Part shown: in pieces, positions 50,064-62,000 of the stretch
Numbering within the stretch: the first letter of the stretch is position 1
How the letters are laid out: every line of letters begins with the position of its first letter
Origin: Oculina patagonica
Taxonomy: Eukaryota
Length of the DNA stretch: 64,000 nucleotides
NCBI RefSeq assembly: GCF_052425735.1
Contig: NC_135761.1
Coordinates: 17,236,001-17,300,000, forward strand
Direction: 5' to 3'
Position numbers and translations under genes: made by a program
Notes under the pieces: model-generated
Told to the model about the DNA's origin: nothing
Databases searched by the model: none
The model's input: the letters and a program-made list of their open reading frames with translations, nothing else

Positions 50064-53000
50064 TCACTTGACAAACGTTGCAATGGCCAGCAGAACAACT
50101 GCAGCGAAGTTTGGCGAGTTGTGAATACCTCCGGAATCTGAATACAAAAAAAGCAACTCAATTAATTATCGCCATTACACCAACAAGAAATCATTTTTTT
50201 AAGAATAAAAAAAACTGCATTCTGTGTGCATTTTTGCTTATTTCCCCTCGCTCGCCTTTTTTTATTTGTCTCCAGCGTAAAATAATTCCCGAGTGTTTGC
50301 CTAAGGCTACGTTAAAAGAAACGACCGGCCGTTTTATATTTTCTTTGTAAAATACATAAATATCTATACTTTCTTACCAAATATGAGAGAAACGTGAAAT
50401 ATTTAAGGGACAATGTCAGAGATGACACGTGAAAAATTAAGCCTCATTATTTTTAACTGTTTGTCAATTACAATCCATCTCAGTCTTTCTCAATTGCAGC
50501 CAGTTCTCCAAGTTTTTCTTTGTTTATTTCTCTCGTTGGCGTTTTTCTACTTTGATAAACTATTATTCTGATCTGTGATTTACTTCAATTAAGAGGAAAT
50601 TTGGCACAGACGAATTTACCTATGGTGACATAGCCCCTTAAACGAGATATTTCCTATTGAAAAACAGTTGTAAAGCTGTGTAGCGAGACGTGCCACAGTC
50701 ACAGACATTTCTGTAGCTGGGGTTGCAAAAAGCAAAGAATTGAAACAGGTTTTAACCTGATTCCTTTCACATTGGACATTAAAAGTAAATTTTGCAAAAT
50801 CTTTCTAGTTATGATAATGTGTTTTTAACGCGAATTTCTAAATACCAGCTGCAGATTATGCTATCAAGGACGATCTCCCTTTTGCAAAGTATGCAAATAA
50901 ATTCACAAAATTTACCATCGTCGTCGCACTCCACGGTGCAAGTGCCTTTGGGATCCCCAGGGCAATGTCCGTCCTCTTTCTTCTCTTTAAGCAAAATTCC
51001 TTCACATTTATCCACCGGAGTGCATTCTGGGACTACAATCATTTCCCCACCTGCTCCATCACAGCAGACTTGTTGGCATTGCCCAGCTTTCGGCTTGTAT
51101 TTTATAGTGGCTCCTAAACATGAAAAAGTATGATAAAACATAAATGCATGAATCATTTATCTCAGGTGTATATTCGTTTTTTTTTTTCTTTGTTTGCTTG
51201 TGTTTTTTGGGTCCCTGTAGTTTTTCATTGCACGATTAAGACATCTGAAAGGGCTTATTACTAAAAGAGCCAATCATGGTTCAATATTGGCACTACAATT
51301 GGTGTTGGTAGACAGAGATTAAGAGCTTTAAATTAACAGCTCTTTTTTAATCATAAAATCGTGTAATGTATTTCTTTTTAATTTTTAACCAAGCTTACTC
51401 AGCCGTATTGAAAGAAAACAAGCCAAAGACGGACTAATTTTTGCCCTTTTCACGTGTCACCCATAAAACCTTTGCTACCCTTGAAGAAGGGCCGATATTT
51501 TCCCATAACAGCCCGCGGCCGTGGCTGGTTAATAAGATACATATTATGGTTCATTTATTGCCCGTACAAACAAGCAAGCAACAAGTGTTTTACAAAAGCG
51601 GCAAGTGTTTTACAAAATAATAAGGCTATTTAAGACTTTTATTTCGATTGCACGTAGTCACGTAAGAGATTATCCGGGGGATCTATTTTTCCAATTATGG
51701 CTTAAACCAACTTGCACAAGCAATATGTGTTTGGCCGAAATACTGCCAATGTTGGAGAGCATTTTGAAATAACTGTCGCAAAACCAAACCCGAAGAAAAC
51801 ACACTGGCCAAAAACAAACAAGTGAACCAATAAAAACTTGAATCAGATACAGGTAGCCGGCACGAAGCGCGTGTAAACGTGTGCGAGGGAGTCACGCTTG
51901 GTTTTGGTTTTACTTCTGATAGATTGAAAACGTGGCGCGCGGTTTTTAAACCAATCACTTAGATGTTTTCGACACTCAAGTGAACATCACTCCTTTAGTG
52001 ATGTAAGTGAGCCATCCGCAACTATAACCACTACTAACCATGGCCACTGCAAATAAGTTACTTACCAATAAACGTAAAGGTGGCTTCTGTGTTGCTCGTT
52101 GTTAAATTGCGAATTGATCCGTTCTTGAGTGCTTCCTCGAACACCCCTTGAATGGTTTTTCCTTCCGGAATCGGGCTGTAAAAAGACATATCTAATGCCA
52201 TATTGAGGGGAGAATTGCAGCTAATGCTCTTGGTTTTTACAAACTTTACCGAAAATCCTGCTTTAACATAAATTCCTAAGATCTGAAAAAGAGAAAAAAA
52301 AATTACGTGTTAAAGCTAAAATATGTAGAAATATAGCATGATATTATTTATTTTAGCTATTTATTTTAGCTATAAAGCTAAAATAAATGCTAATAATTTG
52401 TGACAGTTACAGTTTCAGTTGGGTGCACGTACGTACATTTAACGCAATTAACTCTTGTTCGATATTCACAGCTCATCTCTCTTTTCTTAATTAGCACGAT
52501 TGTAATGATCATCATGTATGTATTTTTCATTATGATTTGCAACAAGAATGTAAGATGATATCGTTAATGGTAAAAACATGAGTTAACGGTCTAAATGATA
52601 GATTAATAAATCGGAATGGTAATGGTGTTGATATGCCCTGAAGGTGAGAGTACTTCCCTTACAGATCTGTTGGGTTGCCAACCCAAGGAAGAGAAAGAAA
52701 CTCAAGGAAGAGGGTCACACAGTGTGTGACCTTCTTTCGTGAAACCTTTTCTTCATTTTAGACCAAAATAAGTGATTTTTTATCTCTACTCCTTATCTCA
52801 GAACTGACCAAAAAAAATTTATACTCTATATTTCAGACCTGTAAAAAAGGCTTAAAAAATCTTTACCCCATTTTGATACCAAAAAGACTCAAATGCTACC
52901 CCTCAGTGCAGCGAGAACCCTCCTTCCCTTTGATTTGGACATGTTAAGTGTTTTATAGTTACTTACATCAATCTGCAGGCTGACATTTAAGGTCTGCACA

Positions 53001-56000
53001 TTGCCACTGCAAGCAGTTGTGACCTTTAGGGTTAAAGCAACCGTTGGACCTGATAAAGAAAAGAGAACATCATTCGAAAGTCAGATCAAAACAAAACAAA
53101 TATCTTTTGCTCTTGCTAGAATTAGGTTGTCTTATTGGACAACCTGTGAAGGGGTTACAATATTGCACTGGTTTGCAAACTGCTTCTTCCTCCATTTTTT
53201 TTTTCTAAGCTATTACTTTTTGTGAACGTCCAGCCAAAATCCAAGCTCTTGTACTACTTGTTCGTTTATAGGAACAATAGTCCCATTTGCAGTTGGGGTC
53301 ACGTGACCAAACTTTTTGCTAATTTTTATATTATGGGCTATAACTTAAAGGGTATGTGTTTTTAGTCTAAACTGTTCTGAAATAAGTTGTAGGCAACTTT
53401 ACCCATGAAAAACATTATCTTTAAACATTTAACTGAAGATATAACCTTTATATTGGGTTCGAAATCAAACTTTGCCTATACACCATTTTAATATTTTAAT
53501 ATTTTATTTTTCCGCGATTGACGTCATTAATAAAACATTTAAAATGACACCTCGGCTTATTACAATGGCTGATACTTCATTTTAATAAGTCGAGGCGTAG
53601 ATGAATATTTCATTAACAACGTCTTTCGCGGAAAGTTAAATAATCAAAATGGTGTCTCGACTTATTAAAATGGTGTATAAATATCGATTTTTTTTGAAGG
53701 CGCGCGGAAACAACTTGAAAACGTTGGCTAACATTTTCAAATTTCAATCCAATTCCATCCGAGCCATCCGCAGTCAAATGCGCTTTTGAACAGTTTTAGT
53801 GCTCTAAAATAGCAATTTTTATTAAAAATGGACTATTATTTTTAAGTTTCCTACGACACAAATATAAATTTTGGCTGTTCAAAAATCTGTTAAAATCCGT
53901 GACATAGTCCCTTTAAATAATGCCAGAAAAAGAAAGAGCGTGTCAAAAATAGCAATTTGGCCAAGAATGAGGCTTCTGGTACTAAAAAGTAAGGTTATAC
54001 AACAGTTTGAATTTTTGGAAAATATAAAGATTGGCTTTTGGAAAATGTTGCTGGAGGGTACGTTTTTGTCCTCCATCAACTTTTTCCATACAGATCTCCT
54101 TAATTTTTCAAAAATTTAAACCATTCTAAAATCACATTCTTTAATGTCAGGGGCCTGAAACTTTCTATTTCTGGCATTTTTAAGTTATAGCCCATAATGT
54201 TGTGACAAGTGGGTCACGTGATGGCCTAGCAGTTTAAAATTTAATGGCGGTCGTCAAATTAAAACCACTGAGTCAAAATGATCGAGAGCCACCATGGCAA
54301 CAAAAAGTACAATGAATCATTCAAGAATGGAAGCAAGGCATATCATTATTAGTTTTGGTTCAGAAACTGAGTGGTCGATAAGGAAACCTTTCTACTCTTA
54401 TTGGTTCAGATAATCCATCCTTTTATGTACATCAGTGCTATTTTAATCATCCCAAGTACCAATAAAGGGAGGGAATTTTAACAGTTCATCATTGTTTGAC
54501 AAGCAAATCTTATCCTACGTTCAGTACTCATGAGTTTCTTGTCACTGGAAAAAGCCTACTCTTCTTTTACAACTGTATGTAAACCCTTTCAGTATAAAAA
54601 ACTCACCTGGTGTTTTGTTTACAACAACGCTACTTGAAGTGGCTGTTGTTTGGGTAGTTGTAGTAGACATTCCACCACCTCCTCCTCCGCCGCCTGATGC
54701 TGTTGTTGTGACAGATGCCCCTCCTCCTCCTCCTCCTCCTCCGCTTGCTGATGGAGTGACAGATGCCCCACCTCCTCCTCCTCCGCCTGGTGAGGATGTG
54801 ACAGATGCTCCACTTCCTCCTACAGCTGATGAAGGATTAATAATAATAATAGTAGTAGACGCTCCTCCTGCAGCTGACGAAGTAGTCATTCCTTCTGCAG
54901 CTGATGAAGTAGTCATTCCTCCTGCAGCTGATGAAGTAGTCATTCCTCCTGCATTTGATGAAGTAGTCATTCCTCCTGCAGCTGATGAAGTAGTCATTAC
55001 TCCTGCAGCTGATGAAGTAGTCATTCCTCCAGCAGCTGATGAAGTAGTCATTCCTCCTGCAACTGATGAAGTAGTCATTCCTCCCGCAGCCGATGAAGTA
55101 GTCATTCCTCCCGCAGCTGATGAAGTAGTCATTCCTCCCGCAGTTGATGAAGTAGTCATTCCTCCTGCAGCTGATGAAGTAAACGTCATTCCTCCTGCAG
55201 CTGATGAAGTAGTCATTCCTCCTGCAGCTGATGAAGTAGTCATTCCTCCTGCAGCTGATGAAGTAGTCGATCCTCCTAAGATAAGATAAGATAAGATAAG
55301 ATAAGAACTTTAATAGTCAGCTATTTACTATTTACAATAAAAAAACCCACTTAACTCTAATATTTACAAACAAAATTAAAATTACATTAATTAATGATTA
55401 AAAATTTAAAAGAAGATGGTTCCTAAGGTTATTTGTTTTAAAAGAGTTCAGAGATTCAGCGTTTTTGATTTTAATGTCTAGGCAGTTCCAGAGATTTACG
55501 GCTCTGTAGGTGAATGTTCTTTGGCCTGCTGCGGTCCTGAACAGCGGAATATGCAAGCTTTGGTGTTGCCGGGTTTCTCGTCCATGAACATCAGATCTTT
55601 TACAAAACTTGTTGCTTAAATAACTGTGTGCTAAATTATTTAGACATTTGTACATTAATACTGTGAGTGATAGACTTAGCTTGTTTATCACAATTAAATA
55701 CCGCGGCGGAAATTCCACGCCACGCCTAGGCAGTAAAATGACGGCGAGTCCCATGCCTCTATTCATTTCCAATTCCTAAGCGATCAGCGAGCAAACAGCA
55801 TAAGTAGCGTGTTAGCGAATCAATTTTTTTTTGCAATGACGAGCTTTGACTTCAAACAGTGGTGCCAAACTTCTGGTCTAAAGGAGGGCACAATAGAACA
55901 GCTGGAGAAAAACGACCTTGATAGCCAGGAGGCTTTAAAGCTGGTTAATAAGGACGATGTTGCGACGCTGGATTTAACCCTTGGGCAAAGGAAACTCCTG

Positions 56001-59000
56001 TTGCAAGCCGTGGCACTACTGGATAGCAAAGGGAAAAGCGACGAGTCTAAGAAGACGAAATCGAGCGAGACCGGCCCCGTGACTACCAAGTCATTGGCAA
56101 ACGACTCCGGCCTGGAGGAATTGCTAAAGAAGATCGGAGGCATATCACTAGATGACCCGTTAGTTACTCTTGGAGCCACGGAGCAGCCATTCTCTGAGCC
56201 ACTGGAAAGAGTGGACAACAATCCCCAAGTGTTCCTTGGAACCCAGCAACCAGCGCAAGGCAAGAAAGGAGGTGAGGAAAAACCTTTTTTAATTCCCGAT
56301 TTTGTGAGCACTGGATCTTACGATGGCTCCATTGAAGACGAGCAAGAAATTGGTGGGTCCACTGGTGCTCGCATTGTACTACGTGCTCCCAGAAGCAAAC
56401 CAAAATTAGAAAACATTTCATTGTCAATGTGGGTTGCCGCAAACGCGAGAATTATGCACCAGCTAACAAACACCGGAAAACTTTCAGGCACGTCGCAAAT
56501 TGCAGATTACCTTTCATATACAGTGAAAGTAGCGGAACTGCTAGAGTCCCACACCCTTGCCTCTGTTGTCATCTACGACAACGAATATCGCAAACTTCAG
56601 CACCAGTACGGGTTTCGCTGGGGCAGCGACTCGCAGCATCTCCATACGCGTTTTCTCATTAAACGTCGTGCAGTAAATCAGATTAATCAAAATCTGGCCA
56701 GGCCCAACGCCAACCCACGCTACAATTCCGACCGCCAACCGCATCTTGTCAAGCCTATCTGCCGCCAATTTAACTCTCTGACCGGCTGCAATTGACCCCA
56801 ATGCCGCTTTCAACACGTATGCCTCGTGGCAAATTGTTCACAGCCCCACCCTCAACACGAACATCCACCCACGATGTCCGCTCAACGCACATGACTCGGC
56901 TCCAGTTCCTTTTTACACCCATCTCCGCTGACCAATAACATTAACGCCTGGACAGAAAATTTGACAAATGATATTGACCGCGACTATCTGTTAACAAGAC
57001 TTACGGAAGGCTTTCGTATTGTATCGCGTGACTCTGAATTGCGACCAGCAGATGTGGCAAATTACAAATCGGCAACTGGGCAAGAGGTTCGCGACAAGGT
57101 TGAAGAAGCGATACGCGAAGAAATGCAACACGGCAATTACATTGTTACAACTGCAAAACCTACTATAGTGAGTGCGCTAGGAGCAATACCAAAACCTGAC
57201 AGTGACAATATCCGTCTTATCCACGACTGCAGCAGACCGCAACACAGCAACGTTAATTCGTACTCTGACACGAAACAGCACTACTCGTACGTGACAGTCG
57301 ACAAAGCGGTATCACTTATCAAGAGTAACGCATATCTCGCAAAAATCGACCTCAAAAGTGCTTATCGACACGTGCCAATTCATCCGTCCAACTACACCGC
57401 AACAGGACTCGCATGGCATTTCCGTGGTGATAGCACGCTCACTTATCTATATGACTGCAAACTTCCATTTGGAGCCGCAAAAAGTCCGGAAATTTTTCAT
57501 AGATTAACACAAGCAATCACGCGCATGATGGAACGGCGGGGATTTACGGTACTCGCTTATCTTGATGATTTTCTTATTATTTCTGACACCGCGCAAGAAT
57601 GTAAACAAGCGTATCAAGAACTGATTAAACTCTTAGGCGAACTCGGGTTTCAAATCAACTGGAACAAGGCGGTAGGCCCTTGTCAGCGATTGACATTTCT
57701 AGGCATTGAAATTGACACCGTGCGTAGGCAACTAACATTGCCCGAACGCATACTCTGCGAGCTGCGATTGTTACTTAGCGAAACAACTGCGAAGCGATCT
57801 ATCACAAAACGAGAGTTGCAGTCTCTCGTAGGCAAGCTTAATTTTGCCGCACGCGTTGTGTTCGGCGGAAGGACATTCTTACGGCGTATGATTGACACTG
57901 TTAACCACATGCGTCGCCCACATCATCACGCCCGGATTAAGTCACAAATGAGAGCCGATCTGGAATGGTGGACAGAGTTTTTAAGCGTCTTTAATGGCAA
58001 AACCTTTTTCGTAGACTCAGAGCCAGTTTCCACGGAAGAGTTCTCAACCGACGCCTGCCCGATTGGCGGAGGCGGATTTTTTCGAGGAGACTGGTTCTAC
58101 GTCAATTGGGCCATAGACTATCCCAGTATGGCGAACATTCATATCAATTTGCAAGAAACATTTACGGTTCTCGTGGCCCTCGAGCGGTGGAAAGATGATC
58201 TTCGCGATAAGTGGATTACTGTGCGAACTGATAACACAACAACATTAAGCGCGATCAACAAGGGCACTTCTGGTAACCAGCTCGCAATGCAATGGCTGCG
58301 CAAAATTTTCTGGCTATCAGCTACGTACAACTTTCGTGTCACGGCACGATACATTCCCACAGCGTCTAACACTATAGCCGATGCCATTTCCCGTTTACAT
58401 GACCCTACGCACTGTGAGGTCTTTGTAAAGAAACTTGTTAACCTCCCCCTAGCGATACGACCACAAGTCACGCCACATCTGTCACATAATGCCTTTGTCG
58501 CATTACCTTCACTGGTGCAGTACAGGCTCAGGAACAGCAACTTGATGTCGAGTTGAGGAAATACCGCGGGCAGGCTTTCGCACAGTCAACCACAGCTACC
58601 TATAAATCTCAACTTCGTGCCTATTTGCGTTTTTGTCTCTACTTTGGTTACACTCCGGTTCCATGCTCTTCTCATCATTTGCTTCGTTATGTCGTCTTCC
58701 TGGTCAGGACCCTCTCCGCCTCTAGCATTCCATGTTATTTAAATGTCGTGCGCATCGTACACCTACAAAGTGGATTCCCTAACCCTCTGCAAGAACCGTT
58801 CTTTAAATTTCAGAAAGACCTGCTTATGCGTGGCATCAAGCGCCTACATGGCAACGCTGTACGGCAAAAGCTTCCAATTACACCAGACCTTTTACGCAAA
58901 ATCCACGGGACACTTCACTAACTCTTTAGATGCGACATTTTGGGCTGCCTGCGTCATCGCCTTTTTCTCCTTCTTTCGGAAGTCTAATCTACTCATCGCG

Positions 59001-62000
59001 TCGGCGGGCTCATTCGACCCTCAGAAACACTTACGCATGTGCGATATTCGCGTCTGTAAATGGGGCCTCCTGCTCATTGTGCGCTGGTCTAAGACTATCC
59101 AGTATCGTAATCGCACCTTGCTGGTGCCCGTCCCAAGGATAGAACACTCCACTCTCTGCCCGCATGCAGCAGTTACACAAGCGTTTAAATTGTTAAGCCG
59201 GCATGATTCGGGCACGCTCCTAAATGGTCCTGCCTTCGTGTACATAACCGGGGAACAAGTGCGACCACTAACCTACGCTACATTTACTAATAAACTTAAA
59301 AAGTCGCTACAACAATGCGGTGTTGACAGCTCCATGTACTCTGGACACTCCTTTCGACGTGGAGGAGCCACCTTTGCGCTTAACTGTGGTGTTCCCGGCC
59401 ACTATATTAAGCTTCAAGGAGACTGGCTTTCTAATGCCTACGAACGTTATCTTGACACTTCGCTTCAGTACAAACTGATAGCTATAAACATAATGAGTAA
59501 GTCTATAACTCACTGAGCATTGCATACCAACTCTTTGGGGGTTTTGGGGGAATCGCGTTTGGTCTCTAGGCAATAGGCAATAAAGACCCAGTTACCCCCA
59601 ATGAGTTGGTGCGTATTTAGTGAGTGATAGACTTAGCTTGTTTATCACAATTAAATACCGCGGCGGAAATTCCACGCCACGCCTAGGCAGTAAAATGACG
59701 GCGAGTCCCATGCCTCTATTCATTTCCAATTCCTAAGCGATCAGCGAGCAAACAGCATAAGTAGCGTGTTAGCGAATCAATTTTTTTTTTCTTTATGTAT
59801 AAAATTTATTTCTCTCCCTGCTAAGGGGGGAATCGCGTTTGGTCTCTAGGCAATAAAGACCCAGTTACCCCCAATGAGTTGGTGTGTATTTAAAATCTCT
59901 AAAGGCTAGTAATTCTTTTAAAGGCAGCCAGTTTAGCTGACGGAGAAGTGGAGTCACGTGGTCGTACTTCCTTGAGTTGGTAACTGCAATTTTGCAACCA
60001 AGTCACGCTTACACTGATTGATGCACCCACGCTTACACTGATTGATGGACTCGATGACGTAGAAGTCTCAGCTAAAGTCATAGGTAAATTACTAGTTAGA
60101 CATGTTAAAATTTTAATAAACTTTTCCCCTCTAAATACCTTACAAAATATTTCCTAGTTAGCAAATCGACAAGATGCCATATATGGTGAGTAATTACGTG
60201 TTTTCTTTCATCGGTACATAACAGATATCCTGCATTATTATCCTGCGTTATCTGTCATCCGCACATAACAGATATCCTGCGATATACGTAGATTGTGAAG
60301 ATTCGTCCGAAATCTTGTAAAGCCGTCCATAATTACAGTTTTTCTTTCTGCAAAATGTGTTTTGTTGACAATTTGTTGAATAATAAAACAATTATCCTGC
60401 TCAATCTTGCGGAATATCGTCTGATTTTAGCCAACTCGGCCTACGGCCTCGTCGGCTAAGTATCAGGCGATATTCCGCGCGATTTCGCAGGATTATTGTT
60501 AACTATACGTAGTTTGCCATATTTGGAAGTGCGCTAAAGACGATTATTTGAAACAAAGTGGGTGATAATGTACAGTTGCACAACCACCAGTTCACCGACC
60601 ATGTTAAATGTAACTGAGTACTATCAAATAAAGGCTTTTCTATCTTACCTGGACAGAGTGTTTTGTTGTCAAAACCTCGAACTGTGTGCTGAGGGAACGA
60701 CATATCTGTAACATCAGTGGTATCATGATAGGCCCATATTATATAAATCGACTTCCCTTCCTGTGGAAACAATGCACAACATAATTGATACAATGTATTC
60801 ATTGTTCACCTATCCCTGACTTAGATCATTACTTTCTATAACACAGCAGCTCAGTTATCGATTATTCTCAAATTGACTTCTTTATTTTCTGATAGAAACT
60901 GGAGCAAAAAACAGTGTCAGCATCGTCAATACCGTAATCAGGAGATAAACAAAGAATTGTTTGTCCAAAACTATGGTACAAAAATATTCGCATTGTGTTC
61001 TAAACGCTAAATGGTAAGAAAACAGATGTAATTGGTGAGCTTCCGACAACCTGAAACAAGAGAATTGAAGGACAATTAAAGGAATGAAGGGATGAATTAA
61101 AGTGAGAGAATTTCCCATGGACTTTCCTTCATCGTCCAAGGAAGATATTTGTCTTAATAGTCTCAGCTGCTAGCGAGCAGAAGATAAAAAAGCACCGACA
61201 TCTGCGAGTGAAGTTAGTGCACCTTAAAAACCAGTACGGTTTTCAATTCCAGTTAACATATTTCAGTTCACTCTATCTAGCCCAATTTGACAGTGCTGCG
61301 ACAAACCCGAGCTCACGCCAAAGTTGAGAGATTTTTTTAAGAGATGAAAGTTTGTCTGTCGTGCCCCCAACTCATTCTTGATATTCTGAACCACGGCGCC
61401 CAAAAACAGCAATTAAAAAAGTCGAAACCATGGCGTTCAAGACATTTAACCAAGCTGTCACCAAAAACAACGAAATAGTAGACTGCAGTCATGATTGACA
61501 GTAAACATAATTTATGTAAAAGCCCCGGGGGGGGGGGGTACTCCAAAAAGTTTTGTACGGGGAGGCTCCGCCCCAAGTTCTAACCCCTTACCCTTTTATA
61601 TACCATTTTTGACAGAAATTGTACCCCTTTCGTATACCTTTAACTGAAAAAAGGTACCCCTTTCATATACCTAAGAGACATAACATGGCCTTAAAATAGG
61701 ACGTTTTCTTGTCATTTTTATGTAGCTCTTAAGGTCGCGGGGGACACCTTAGGCTCATCATTATGCATTTATTTAAAGCGTATGCACGAAGTACAACGAC
61801 TGACATCGACAACTTTACGAGATATTTATGACTGGATAAAAATATGGGCGCGTGCGCGTGATTTGTAAAAAAATCCTGTTTCTTTGATATTTTAACCAAT
61901 TTAAACAACACTTAGCGATATACGTTCATATAGATTGTAGGAAGTCTTTGAGCTTATTTTCATTTAAATTTGAATATTTCTGCAACTCAGAGTAATCACA

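Larger units (their letters stand above)
55663..59892 (+). mobile_element. Ngaro-type (DIRS order) tyrosine-recombinase retrotransposon, full length, with split direct repeats
   Basis: Layout A1 (55663-~55832) - gag - RT/RNaseH - YR - B1 (59546-59619) - A2 (59620-~59789) - B2 (59826-59892). A1 and A2 look identical by eye. No TSD and no methyltransferase ORF. Removing it restores the host LINE frame (...AFRD-L-VLMYKC). Confidence 0.92.
55278..60002 (-). mobile_element. 5'-truncated L2/CR1-group LINE fragment inserted in the gene B stalk exon and split by the Ngaro element
   Basis: Minus-strand translation RKYDHVTPLLRQLNWLP (about 59990-59900) continues as VLMYKCLNNLA...GQRTFTYRAVNLWN (55662-55400); (TCTTA)n tail at 55278-55306. 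Confidence 0.88.

Noticed and set aside
54615-55289. Plus-strand ORF (DEVVIPPAA)n that looks like an acidic skeletal protein
   Set aside because: Antisense shadow of the gene B stalk; splice sites and homology support the minus strand.
55663-59892. Prophage or bacterial integrase contamination
   Set aside because: The tyrosine recombinase is linked to RT/RNase H and split direct repeats, which identifies a DIRS-order retrotransposon.
60010-60036. GTAAGC donor-like sites in the 5' stub of the gene B stalk exon
   Set aside because: Joining them to the acceptor at 55275 is out of frame and hits a stop, so they cannot rescue the ORF.
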